64,000 nucleotides of DNA from an uncultured Chloroflexia bacterium (GTDB lineage: Bacteria; Chloroflexota; Chloroflexia; QHBQ01; JADMIH01), in assembly GCA_963797095.1 (NCBI GenBank), contig CAWCNY010000001.1, forward strand, positions 320,001 to 384,000, given 5' to 3'. The number at the start of each line of letters is the position of its first letter. Positions within the stretch are counted from its first letter, which is position 1. Below are positions 18,551 through 28,329 of this stretch, one piece after another. The notes beneath the pieces were generated by a model that was not told the origin of the DNA, made no database searches, and saw only the letters and a list, made by a program, of their open reading frames with translations. A program made the translations under genes and the position numbers.

Positions 18551-19609
18551 ATGCCGAGGCGAGTTAGAGGCGCAGCGAACCAGGACCAAACCCTGATTGA
18601 TAAGGCCCCCCGCAAGGGCCCGCCTACCAGCGCAGATGTGGCGATGCTCGCGGGCGTTTCTCAGGCCACCGTATCGCTCGTGCTGAACGACGTGGGCAAC
18701 AGCCGGTTCAGCGACGAGACGCGAGACCGTGTGCTGAGCGCGGTGGACGCACTGGGCTACGTGCCGCACGCGATGGCAAGTGCGCTGCGCGCCGGGCAGA
18801 GCAACCTCATACTTATCACCTTCTTGAGCCTCCCAACAGGTGCCCAACTGGCTGTGTTCTATGACCAGTTGGCCGCCAAGCTTAATGAGCGCGGCTACAC
18901 TGTGCTCTTCCATGCTGACCGCGCTCAGTTGGGCGTGGCGGCAGCCCGTGCGTGGGCTGCGCTCAGGCCCGCTGGGGTTGTAGTTGACGGCACGCGGCTG
19001 AGCGACGAGGTGCTGAAGGTCTTGCGCAAAGTCGGAGTCAAGGCAATAGTGGCCATGGGGGGCGATGCCATCAGATCTGTGCCCACAGTCAGCATAGGAA
19101 GCGATGTAGCAGGCAAGCTTGCGACAGAGCACATGATTAGTATGGGCCGCCACAGGCTCGCAGTTGTGGTGCCGAAAGATCCGGAGCTACTGCCGGTAGC
19201 AATGGAGCGCCTCAACGCTGCGGAAAAGGCGGCTCGTGAGCGCAATATCGCTTTGCAGCGTATTGATCTTGCCCTCGATGAGGAGGATGCGGCCAGGGTG
19301 GCGGCAGAGTGGACGCGCGGGCCACACCCTGATGGAATATTCGCGTTTAACGACATTTATGCCGGATTGCTGCTTATTGCCTTACAAGAGGCTGGGCTGC
19401 GGGTGCCGGACGACGTTGCCGTAATTGGCTGCGACGATCTGCCGGTAAGCTGGTTCTTTCGCCCACGCCTCACCACGGTACGCTTCCCTATTGAACAGAT
19501 AACCCGGCAAATAGCGACCATAGTTGACGCCATGGTGCAGGGGAAGAGTGTCGACTTTGAGCGGTCACAGGATACCGAACCGTACCTGGTCTTGAGAGAC
19601 TCAGCCTAG
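18551..19609 (+). CDS. LacI-family transcriptional regulator
   Basis: TSADVAMLAGVSQATVSLVLN HTH, LGYVPH..A.ALR hinge, FAFND, VPDDVAVIGCDD, PRLTTV. Confidence 0.92.
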   Translation: MPRRVRGAANQDQTLIDKAPRKGPPTSADVAMLAGVSQATVSLVLNDVGNSRFSDETRDRVLSAVDALGYVPHAMASALRAGQSNLILITFLSLPTGAQLAVFYDQLAAKLNERGYTVLFHADRAQLGVAAARAWAALRPAGVVVDGTRLSDEVLKVLRKVGVKAIVAMGGDAIRSVPTVSIGSDVAGKLATEHMISMGRHRLAVVVPKDPELLPVAMERLNAAEKAARERNIALQRIDLALDEEDAARVAAEWTRGPHPDGIFAFNDIYAGLLLIALQEAGLRVPDDVAVIGCDDLPVSWFFRPRLTTVRFPIEQITRQIATIVDAMVQGKSVDFERSQDTEPYLVLRDSA

Positions 19610-19725
19610 AACATCGCGATCACAGCCATCGCAGCCAAAGAAGCACCGCAACACGGCGACACGACAAATGGAGAGGGGGATACCCACAATTCCCGTGCCC
19701 TGCCTCCTCAACGATTTCCCTCATT

Positions 19726-19771
19726 TTCCCAGGTTTTTGTAGTAGCTTAAGCCTTAAGCAGCCTTTATACT
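19726..19771 (+). promoter_or_regulatory. putative activator-dependent promoter of the ABC importer operon
   Basis: TTCCCAGGTTTTTGTAGT-N22-TATACT. Confidence 0.7.
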
Positions 19772-19932
19772 CGCCCCGAATGGCTCGCTCCGGCCTACGA
19801 TCTGCGGCGCCAGATGGGAGTTGTTACAAGGGGTCGGTGACCTTCTGATAGACTAGCGCTGGCTATCCAGAGGGGCAATTCGTGCTATCAGCGCTGCGAA
19901 AAACCTGCAGGTTGATCCTAAGGAGGAAAGCA

Positions 19933-21765
19933 ATGCACAAACGAGTAATGTTGCTTATATGCTTTGCGGTTGTCAGCAGTATGCTGCTGTCAGCTTGCGA
20001 CACAGGCTCTCCCACCGCTACTCCCGTTCCCGCACCAACCGCCACCACAGCGCAGGCGGCGCCCACCGATACGACTGCCCCTGCCGCAGCCGCTACCAAC
20101 ACAACTTCCACTGCGGCACAGCCTACCAACACTACCGCCACCGGCGGGAGCACGGGCCAACCAGCCACCACGGGCGTGATGCATGTCATGCCCAACGGCG
20201 GGCAGATGACAACGTTCGCGCGCAACTTCAACCCCTTCGTCCAGGCCTCGCTCTTCCCAACGCAGAACGGCATCTACGAGCTTCTGATGATAGACAACCC
20301 GGCCACCAATAAGATTGAGCCCTGGTTGGCCGATTCCTACGAGTGGAGCAGCGACCTCAAGACCCTGACGCTCAAGCTCCACCCCAACGTCAAGTGGTCC
20401 GACGGGCAGCCCTTCACCGCTAATGACGTGGTCTTCACCTTCGACCTGCTCAAGAACACCCCCGGCCTGCTCGGCAACGGCATCAACGCCGTCAATACAA
20501 CGAGCGGCTACGTTAGCTCAGTGGAAGCGGTCAACGACCTGACCGTGAAGTTCAACTTCTCCAAGGTCTTCACTCCCGGCATCCACGACATCGTTACACA
20601 GGTGATCGTGCCCGAGCACATCTGGAAGGATGTCCAGGACGTGTCGAAGTTCACCAACGACAACCCGGTCGCTACCGGCCCCTTCATCCAGGTGAGCAAC
20701 TTCACCGCGCAGAGCTACCAGATCGAGAAGAATCCCAACTACTGGCAGCCAGGCAAGCCCTACATCAACGCACTCCGCATGGATGCATACAGCGGCAACG
20801 ACCCGACAACCATCGCCTTCATCAACGGCGACCTTGACTACGGCGCATGGTTCCAGATCGACCCGCAGAATACCGTTCTCAACAAGGACCCAACCAACCT
20901 GCACCACGTGGCGGGAGCAGGACCCGGGACTGGCATCATGTTCATGCTGAACACGACGGTCAAGGGGCTTGACGACCCGATCGTGCGCAAGGCCATAAGT
21001 ATGTCGCTCAACCGCCCTGAGATGATGGCCATCGTCATGGGCCCCGGCGGCTACAAGAACGATATCACAGGCCTCAACTTCGCATTCAACTCCTGGAAGC
21101 CCTCCGACCTCTCCAGCCTCGGCCAGGACTGGACCGCTTACGACCCCGACGCGGCCAACAAGATGCTCGACGACGCCGGCTACAAGATGGGCGCTGACGG
21201 CATCCGTGCCAAGGGCGACGTCAAGCTCAGCTTCGAGTACACCTCGATCAATGGCTTTACGGACTTCATCGCCGTTGGGCCGACGATGATAGAGAACATG
21301 AAGACCATCGGCGTGGAAGCCAAATCGGTGTCTCAGGACCCGGGCCTCGCCATCGGCAACTGGCAGGTGGGTAAGTTCCAGATGTCGCTGTGGTTCGGCA
21401 CCACCTCGAGCACTCCCTACTACGTCTACTGGCGCCTGATGTCTCCCAACTCCGTGATACCGCTGGACACCAACACCAACTACAACTACTCGCGCTACGG
21501 CAGCCAGGCCGCCGCGCCCCTGCTCGACGAGTTCGCCTCCACCCAGGACGAGGCCAAGCAGAAGGAAGTTACCCTGCAGCTGGAGAAGGTCTTCGCCGAC
21601 GAGGCGCCTTACGTGCCCATGTGGACGCTGCCCGGCGATTGGTGGTACAGTACCAAGAACTTCACCGACTGGCCGGACCAGACCAAGGTTCTCAGCGGCC
21701 CCGTACGGGGTGTCGGTTTCACCGGCGAGCAATTGTACATACTGACCAGCGTCAAACCCAAGTAA
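19933..21765 (+). CDS. ABC transporter substrate-binding lipoprotein, family 5 (Opp/Dpp-type, probably sugar/glycoside-binding)
   Basis: Lipobox LLSAC, Pro/Thr linker, RNFNPF, LADSYEWS, VKWSDGQPFTANDVVFTF; AGGAGG RBS. Confidence 0.9.
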   Translation: MHKRVMLLICFAVVSSMLLSACDTGSPTATPVPAPTATTAQAAPTDTTAPAAAATNTTSTAAQPTNTTATGGSTGQPATTGVMHVMPNGGQMTTFARNFNPFVQASLFPTQNGIYELLMIDNPATNKIEPWLADSYEWSSDLKTLTLKLHPNVKWSDGQPFTANDVVFTFDLLKNTPGLLGNGINAVNTTSGYVSSVEAVNDLTVKFNFSKVFTPGIHDIVTQVIVPEHIWKDVQDVSKFTNDNPVATGPFIQVSNFTAQSYQIEKNPNYWQPGKPYINALRMDAYSGNDPTTIAFINGDLDYGAWFQIDPQNTVLNKDPTNLHHVAGAGPGTGIMFMLNTTVKGLDDPIVRKAISMSLNRPEMMAIVMGPGGYKNDITGLNFAFNSWKPSDLSSLGQDWTAYDPDAANKMLDDAGYKMGADGIRAKGDVKLSFEYTSINGFTDFIAVGPTMIENMKTIGVEAKSVSQDPGLAIGNWQVGKFQMSLWFGTTSSTPYYVYWRLMSPNSVIPLDTNTNYNYSRYGSQAAAPLLDEFASTQDEAKQKEVTLQLEKVFADEAPYVPMWTLPGDWWYSTKNFTDWPDQTKVLSGPVRGVGFTGEQLYILTSVKPK

Positions 21766-21773
21766 TCTGAAAA

Positions 21774-21801
21774 GGGAGTGGCCCCACGATGGGCCACTCC
21801 C
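21774..21801 (+). other. intergenic stem-loop after the binding-protein gene
   Basis: GGGAGTGGCCC-CACGAT-GGGCCACTCCC, an 11-bp stem in the usual position of ABC-operon mRNA stabilisers. Confidence 0.7.
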
Positions 21802-21882
21802 CTCCTCCCTGGTCCCTGGCTCCCCGGCTACGCTGCTATGCGGGCAGCCGGCCTGTCTTCTCGCCAGACAAGGAGCACGCAA

Positions 21883-22857
21883 ATGCGCTACATTCTGCGC
21901 CGCCTGGGATTCTACATCCTGGCTTTCTTTTCGGCCGTAGTCATCAACTTCGCCCTACCGCGCATGTTGCCGGGCGACCCCGCCTCGATCATCCTGGCGC
22001 AGGCCACCCAGCTCACCTCCGAGCAGGTCCAGGCTATGCGCCTGTCGCTCGGGCTGACCAACGACCCGTTGCCGGTGCAGTTCTGGAACTATGTTACCCA
22101 TGCCATCACGGGCGACTTCGGCATCTCATACTCGTATTACCCGTCCCCCGTCACATCTGTGATCTCCAACGGCATCGGCTGGACGCTGCTACTCGGGCTG
22201 ACCAGCTTGCTCATCGCCTTCATCTTCGGCAACATCATAGGCGTCATCAGTGCCTGGCGGCGCGGCGGCCTGATGGACAACATAACGCCGCCGCTGCTCA
22301 TGTTCATCGGCGCTTTTCCTCCATTCTTCCTGGCCCTCGCGTTTCTCTTTATCCTGGCCCTCGGCACCGGCTGGTTCCCCACCGCCCACTCGTTCGACAC
22401 CTCAATCGTGCCAGGATGGACCTGGCAATATATAGGGAGCGTGGCGCACCACCTTATCTTACCGGCCAGCGTCGTCATACTCGTTTCTATTGGGGGGTGG
22501 GCCCTCGGAATGCGCAACGTCATGATGGGCGTGCTCGGCGAAGACTATATTACCCTCGCCGAAGCCAAGGGCCTCAAGACGAACCGGCTCATGGCCTGGT
22601 ACGCGGCGCGCAACGCCCTCTTACCCGGCATCACCGGCTTCGGTACCCAGCTGGGTTTCATCTTGAGCGGCCAGATATTGATAGAACAGGTCTTCGCCTA
22701 CCCTGGCGTCGGCTACCAACTGGTCAGCGCGGTCGGCAATCGCGACTACCCGCTCATGCAGGGGCTTTTCCTGATGATCACGATCGCGGTGCTGCTCGCC
22801 AATTTCCTCGTTGACATACTCTACGTCCGCCTCGACCCGCGGGTAAGGACCAGGTGA
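21883..22857 (+). CDS. ABC transporter permease (OppB/DppB-like)
   Basis: MRYILRRL, PRMLPGDP, EDYITLAEAKGL EAA motif, RDYPLMQG, LDPRVR. Confidence 0.92.
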   Translation: MRYILRRLGFYILAFFSAVVINFALPRMLPGDPASIILAQATQLTSEQVQAMRLSLGLTNDPLPVQFWNYVTHAITGDFGISYSYYPSPVTSVISNGIGWTLLLGLTSLLIAFIFGNIIGVISAWRRGGLMDNITPPLLMFIGAFPPFFLALAFLFILALGTGWFPTAHSFDTSIVPGWTWQYIGSVAHHLILPASVVILVSIGGWALGMRNVMMGVLGEDYITLAEAKGLKTNRLMAWYAARNALLPGITGFGTQLGFILSGQILIEQVFAYPGVGYQLVSAVGNRDYPLMQGLFLMITIAVLLANFLVDILYVRLDPRVRTR

Positions 22858-23999
22858 GGAGGGCACCGATGCAACAAGAAACACCCGAGAGGAATACTCA
22901 ACCCGACGACCCGGCGGAGCGCGTGGAGTTTATTGATGGCGAGGCCGCCGAAGTCGAGGCCGCCGAAGGCCAGTCCCTCGCCCTCGTGACCGATCCGGTG
23001 CGCGACGCGCAGGACGCGGCGACCGGCGTACAGGTGGAGCTTTCCGGGCAGTTCGTAGCAGCGCCAATAGCAGCGCCCCCAAGGCGGCGCTTCCAGGTGC
23101 TCAGGACGTTCCTGGGCAGCCCCAAGTCGCGCCTGGGGTTCGGGGTTGTGCTCTTCTTCGTGCTGGTCGCCATATTCGCGCCCTGGATCGCCAACGCCAG
23201 CCCGACCAAGTTCACAGGCGTTATAGGCTCGCCTCCTTCGGCTGACCACTGGTTCGGCACCGGCACCCAGGGCCGCGACGTCTTCAGCCAGACCGTGTAT
23301 GGTGCGCGCATCACGCTGATAGTCGGCTTTGCCACGGGCGCGCTGGCCTCGGCCCTGGCGGTGATCGTTGGGCTGACGGCAGCCTACTTCCGCGGCAGGG
23401 TTGACGACATAATCACCCTGATCGCCAACCTCTTCCTGACCATACCGGGCCTGCCTCTGCTCATCGTCATCTCGGTCTATTTCACGGCGGGCACTATCAC
23501 CGTCATCCTGGCCCTGGCCTTCACAAGCTGGGCATACGGCTCACGCATCATCCGCGCACAGGCGCTCTCCATCCGCGAAAAAGAGTTCATAGCGGCAAGC
23601 ATTGTGGCGGGCGAAAGCAGCACCCGCATCATTTTCCGCGAGATGCTGCCTAACCTGATCAATATCATCGGCGGCAACTTCCTCGGCAGCACCCTCTTCG
23701 CAATCGCCGCATCGACCAGCCTTGCCTTCCTGGGCCTGACCGATACGACCGAGGTCAGCTGGGGCACCAACCTGTTCTTCGCTCAAAACGGCGGGGCCAT
23801 GATGAGGGGGTACTGGTGGACATTTGTTCCGTCGGGCCTGTGCGTCGCCTTCGTGGCGTTCGGCCTTTCGATGATCAACTACGGCATGGACGAAATCACA
23901 AACCCGCGCCTGCGCGCTGAAAGAGAACTGCGAAATGTATTCAAGAACAGGAATTTCCGGCGCGGTCGTGCCACGCCCGTCGTCCGCGACTCAGAATGA
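22854..23999 (+). CDS. ABC transporter permease (OppC/DppC-like)
   Basis: HWFGT..GRDVFSQTVYGARITL, REKEFIAAS, LAFLGL, SWG, NPRLR. Confidence 0.92.
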   Translation: MRRAPMQQETPERNTQPDDPAERVEFIDGEAAEVEAAEGQSLALVTDPVRDAQDAATGVQVELSGQFVAAPIAAPPRRRFQVLRTFLGSPKSRLGFGVVLFFVLVAIFAPWIANASPTKFTGVIGSPPSADHWFGTGTQGRDVFSQTVYGARITLIVGFATGALASALAVIVGLTAAYFRGRVDDIITLIANLFLTIPGLPLLIVISVYFTAGTITVILALAFTSWAYGSRIIRAQALSIREKEFIAASIVAGESSTRIIFREMLPNLINIIGGNFLGSTLFAIAASTSLAFLGLTDTTEVSWGTNLFFAQNGGAMMRGYWWTFVPSGLCVAFVAFGLSMINYGMDEITNPRLRAERELRNVFKNRNFRRGRATPVVRDSE

Positions 24000-24987
24000 G
24001 CCACTACTGGATGTCCGCGGGCTGTGCGTTGAGTACCACACGCCCAGAGGCTCGGTGCGCGCTGTCGACAACGTATCGTTCTCCATCGCCCCAGGCGAGG
24101 TATTCGGGCTGGCAGGGGAGTCGGGCAGCGGCAAGTCGACCATAGCCCATGCCATCATGAGAATACTGCGCCCCCCGGCTATGATCAGGAAGGGCGAGAT
24201 CACCGTGAACGGCCAGGACGTGCTCGAAATGACCGATAGCGAGCTTCAGGAGTTCAGGTGGCGCGACGTATCAATGGTGTTCCAGGGCGCTCTCAACTCG
24301 CTGAACCCGGTGATGAAGGTCGGCCACCAGATCGCGGATGTGCTGGTTACGCACCTTCACATACCCTGGAAGCAGGCGCTCGAACGCGCCGCCGACCTTC
24401 TCAAGCTGGTCAACATCGAGCCGAAACGCCTGGAGAGCTACCCCCATGAGCTATCGGGCGGTATGCGCCAGCGTGTTGTCATCGCCATCGCGCTGACGCT
24501 AAACGCACCCCTCCTGATCATGGACGAGCCGACAACGGCCCTCGACGTGGTTGTGCAGAAGGACATCATGAAGCAGATTGCGAGCCTGAAGCAGCAGTTT
24601 GGCTTCTCAACCCTCTTCATCACGCACGACCTGTCGCTGATGGCGGAGCTTTCGGACCGCATAGGCATTATGTACGCAGGGCAGATTGTGGAGATGGCAG
24701 CAGCCAAGGAGATCTTCAACAACCCCTTGCACCCATATACGCAGGGATTGCTTACCTCCTTCCCGCCGCTGCAGGGGGAGAAGCGCAGGTTGAGTGGCAT
24801 CCCCGGCTCGCCGCCCGACATGTCCGAGCCGCCCACCGGCTGCCGCTTCCACCCGCGCTGCACTTTTTGTAATCCTCTGGAGACGAAAGAGCAGCCGAAG
24901 CTAATCGAGGTGCTGCCCGGGCACTGGCTCTCCTGGCACGAAGGCATGCCGCTGAAACTGAACGTCGCGGGAAAGGTACTACCATGA
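23935..24987 (+). CDS. ABC transporter ATP-binding protein (OppD-like)
   Basis: GESGSGKST, YPHELSGGMRQR, MDEPTTALD, HPYT, GCRFHPRC; start may be GTG 23968. Confidence 0.93.
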   Translation: MYSRTGISGAVVPRPSSATQNEPLLDVRGLCVEYHTPRGSVRAVDNVSFSIAPGEVFGLAGESGSGKSTIAHAIMRILRPPAMIRKGEITVNGQDVLEMTDSELQEFRWRDVSMVFQGALNSLNPVMKVGHQIADVLVTHLHIPWKQALERAADLLKLVNIEPKRLESYPHELSGGMRQRVVIAIALTLNAPLLIMDEPTTALDVVVQKDIMKQIASLKQQFGFSTLFITHDLSLMAELSDRIGIMYAGQIVEMAAAKEIFNNPLHPYTQGLLTSFPPLQGEKRRLSGIPGSPPDMSEPPTGCRFHPRCTFCNPLETKEQPKLIEVLPGHWLSWHEGMPLKLNVAGKVLP

Positions 24988-26078
24988 CAACACCGGCTAC
25001 GAATATCGCCCCCGCCGGCGGCCCGGCAACTAACGGCGCGGCAGATCAGTCTCCGGTAGTGCTGGAGGTCCGCAACCTCACCAAGCACTTCCCTATGGGC
25101 AGCCCGCTCCGCCCGCTTTTCGTGCATGCCCTCACCGATGCGTCCTTCACCATTTCGCGCGGAGAGGTAGTCGCACTGGTAGGCGAGTCGGGCAGCGGCA
25201 AATCCACCACCGCCCGCGTGATAGTGAGGTTGATCGAGCCGACCGGCGGCAAGATACTGCTTCATGGCCGGGATATGCTCAAGGAGGAGCCTCGCAAGGC
25301 TTCGCTGAGCTATCGCAAGGCTGTGCAAATGATCTTCCAGGATCCATTCGGCTCGCTGAATCCGGTGCATACGATAGAGCACACGGTGGGCCGCCCCATC
25401 TCCATCCACAACAAGACGAAGCGCTCACCCGAGAACGAAGTGCTTACGCTGCTGGACTCGGTCGGCTTGCACCCGGCGGCCGACGTGGCCGCCCGTTACC
25501 CCTTCCAGCTATCGGGTGGGCAGCGCCAGCGTGTGGCTATCGCCAGGGCTCTCGCGGTAAACCCCGAGATCATCCTGGCGGACGAGCCCGTTTCGATGCT
25601 GGATGTGTCCATCCGAATGGGCATTTTGAACTTGATGGAGCGGCTCAAGGACGACAAGGGGATCGGCTTCCTGTATATCACCCACGACCTGGCGAGCGCT
25701 CGCTACATAGGTGACCGCACCATCGTGCTGTACGCCGGGCACATGGTGGAAGGCGCCGAGAGCAAGGAATTGATGGCCGAGCCTGCACACCCGTATTCCC
25801 GCTTGCTGCTTTCAGCCGTGCCCAACCCCCAGGCGGGCCTCGTGGTGGACGACGAGGAGGTGCGTGGCGAGATACCGTCGCTTATCAACCCGCCCCCCGG
25901 CTGTCCGTTCGCTCCTCGCTGCCCGCACGTCATGGACGCATGCCGACAGGTGATGCCTGGTCGTGAGAATGTATCATCTGACCATTGGGTTCGCTGCCAT
26001 CTCTACGGCCCCGGTAAGTCGCAAGATATACAAGATATAATGGAGAAGCCAGCCGTTTCAGCGGCACAAAGCCAGTAG
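24984..26078 (+). CDS. ABC transporter ATP-binding protein (OppF-like)
   Basis: GESGSGKST, QMIFQDPFGSLNP, LSGGQRQR, DEPVSMLD, GCPFAPRC. Confidence 0.93.
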   Translation: MTTPATNIAPAGGPATNGAADQSPVVLEVRNLTKHFPMGSPLRPLFVHALTDASFTISRGEVVALVGESGSGKSTTARVIVRLIEPTGGKILLHGRDMLKEEPRKASLSYRKAVQMIFQDPFGSLNPVHTIEHTVGRPISIHNKTKRSPENEVLTLLDSVGLHPAADVAARYPFQLSGGQRQRVAIARALAVNPEIILADEPVSMLDVSIRMGILNLMERLKDDKGIGFLYITHDLASARYIGDRTIVLYAGHMVEGAESKELMAEPAHPYSRLLLSAVPNPQAGLVVDDEEVRGEIPSLINPPPGCPFAPRCPHVMDACRQVMPGRENVSSDHWVRCHLYGPGKSQDIQDIMEKPAVSAAQSQ

Positions 26079-26197
26079 ATCTTTGGATTTCGCCCCAGGG
26101 AACGTTCTAACCACCATACTGGCCCATCGGGGGAACGGGCTCTGCCGTTGGAGCATCTCCGAAAAGGCATATGCGGTTCGTCTGAACGGACATCACT

Positions 26198-28267
26198 ATG
26201 CAGACTTCGGGCTCGCCAATCACACCATACGCTCCGGCATCCGCGCAAGACCAACCGACGATCCGCTCCGGGCTGGTAGTGCTGATAGGCGCGCTCTCCG
26301 CTCTGGCGCCGCTGTCGCTTACCATGTACCTGCCGGGGCTGCCTTCGATAGTGCGCGACCTGGGAGCTAGCACATCAGAGGGTCAGTTGTCCCTGACCGC
26401 CTGTATGTTCGGGTTGGCCGCCGGGCAAATTGTCGCCGGATCGTTGAGCGACGCGCTGGGCCGCCGTAGACCGCTCATAGTGGGGTTGCTAATCTACACA
26501 GTGGCGTCCCTCCTCTGCGCTCTGGTTCCGTCGGCGGGCGTTTTGATCGGTTTGCGCTTCGTTCAGGGGCTTGCCGGAGCTGCGTGCGTGGTGACGGCGC
26601 TAGCCATAGTGCGCGACCTCTTTGAGGGCACTGAAATGGCGCGCTTTCTCACGCTGACAATGCTGGTGTCAGGGCTCGCGCCGATTCTCGCCCCGATAGT
26701 GGGCGGCGCGCTTCTGGACGTCACCTCCTGGCGTGGTGTCTTCCTTCTCTTGGCGGCATACGGAGGAGTGCTGGCGCTGCTTTGCGCCATGGGTATGCGA
26801 GAGACCCTGCCCACAGAGCGTCGAGCTCAGGCGCAGTCTATTGCTACCCTTGGCGCCTTCCGGAGACTGCTCACAGACCGCGTTTTCCTCGGCTACGCAC
26901 TCTCATCTGGTCTCGCTACGGGCGCTCTATTTGCCTACGTCTCCGGCTCGCCCTTCGTCCTGCAGAACATCTATGGTATGTCGCCCCAGGCCTTCAGCCT
27001 TCTGTTCGGCCTGAACTCGGTGGGTGGTATCATGGCGAGCTTTATCGCCAATCGGCTGGTCAAGCGTCTGGCGCCCCAGAGGATTCTTGTTATCGGTTTG
27101 ACTACGTTGCTTTGTGCCGGGCTGCTACTGCTAGCCTGCCTTCTGACAGGACTGGGATTGCTTGGCATCATGCCGGCCTTCTTTATAATAGGCAGTTGCT
27201 TCGGGTTCATCACGCCCATGGCGAACGCTTTAGCGTTGACTAGCCACCCGGAAGCGGCAGGTAGCGCCGCGGGCCTGGTCGGTATGCTAGGCTTTGCGTT
27301 CGGCGGGTTAGTTGCTCCCCTTGTCGGAATTGCTGGGCCGGCTACGGCCATGCCAATGGCGCTGATTGTAGTAATTGCCAGCGCAGGTGCGTGCTGCACT
27401 TACCTACTCTTGAGCTATAGAGCCGGCCGCATCCCTGGCCGTGTGGCCAGGGCGGAAGATTCAAGGGTTGACCTGCAGGCGAGCCGCGGTGGTGCAGCAG
27501 GTGGTGCAGCAGGTGGTGCAGCTGGTGTGGCTCGTGGTGCAGCTGGCGGCATGTGCGTGGTTACTATATCGGGCGAATATGGCAGCGGCAGTGGTGAGGT
27601 GGCTGCACGGCTGGCGAAGCGCCTCGGATGGCAGCTCGTTGACCACGAAATCATCAGCAGGGTGGCCAATGCGCTCGGGGTGACACCCGAACTTGCCGAA
27701 GCGCACGATGAGCGGACCGATAAGCCTTCCCCGGAATACCTCGCCGGCCTGCAGACTATGCAAGTCCTGGCTAATGCCCCGATACCCGTAGATATCCCGC
27801 GCGACTCTCAGGCCTACTCCGAAGCGCGACGTTTAGTTGTCCGGGAGGCCGCTGCGAGTGGCAAAGTCGTTATAGTGGGTCGAGGTGGACAGGTACTGCT
27901 CGCGGGCCGGCGCGACACTTTGCATGCCAGGATCGTTGCTCCCCTTCTCGAGCGTACAGCCTACGTAAGGCGGCGCGAGTTGCTGAACGCCGATGCAGCC
28001 CTGGAGCGGATACAGACCAAAGATAGAGAGCGAGCTAAATTCCTGATGGTGGAGCACGGGCATGACCCGGCGGACGTCCACCTGTACGACATTGTACTTA
28101 ACACTGCAATGCTGGACCTCGACAGTGTTGTGGATCAGCTGGCAGATGCTCTACAGCGCAAGGGGACGAGGATCGCAGTACCAACTGCAGACTTGGGACC
28201 GGGAGCGGGGCTGCAACCCTATCCCACGCTGCCCACAGCCGGCGAAGCGCCCAATGCAAGCCTATAG
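26198..28267 (+). CDS. Bcr/CflA-type MFS efflux transporter fused to a cytidylate-kinase-like domain
   Basis: MYLPGLP, GSLSDALGRRRP, LRFVQGL and about 12 hydrophobic segments, then a Gly/Ala linker and VVTISGEYGSGSGEVA...VIVGRGG...D..RA...YDIVLNT. Confidence 0.85.
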   Translation: MQTSGSPITPYAPASAQDQPTIRSGLVVLIGALSALAPLSLTMYLPGLPSIVRDLGASTSEGQLSLTACMFGLAAGQIVAGSLSDALGRRRPLIVGLLIYTVASLLCALVPSAGVLIGLRFVQGLAGAACVVTALAIVRDLFEGTEMARFLTLTMLVSGLAPILAPIVGGALLDVTSWRGVFLLLAAYGGVLALLCAMGMRETLPTERRAQAQSIATLGAFRRLLTDRVFLGYALSSGLATGALFAYVSGSPFVLQNIYGMSPQAFSLLFGLNSVGGIMASFIANRLVKRLAPQRILVIGLTTLLCAGLLLLACLLTGLGLLGIMPAFFIIGSCFGFITPMANALALTSHPEAAGSAAGLVGMLGFAFGGLVAPLVGIAGPATAMPMALIVVIASAGACCTYLLLSYRAGRIPGRVARAEDSRVDLQASRGGAAGGAAGGAAGVARGAAGGMCVVTISGEYGSGSGEVAARLAKRLGWQLVDHEIISRVANALGVTPELAEAHDERTDKPSPEYLAGLQTMQVLANAPIPVDIPRDSQAYSEARRLVVREAAASGKVVIVGRGGQVLLAGRRDTLHARIVAPLLERTAYVRRRELLNADAALERIQTKDRERAKFLMVEHGHDPADVHLYDIVLNTAMLDLDSVVDQLADALQRKGTRIAVPTADLGPGAGLQPYPTLPTAGEAPNASL

Positions 28268-28329
28268 TGGATCTACGAATGCGAGCGTGATGCTCGGTAA
28301 GGACAACTACAGGCCAAGGTATTACTAAC

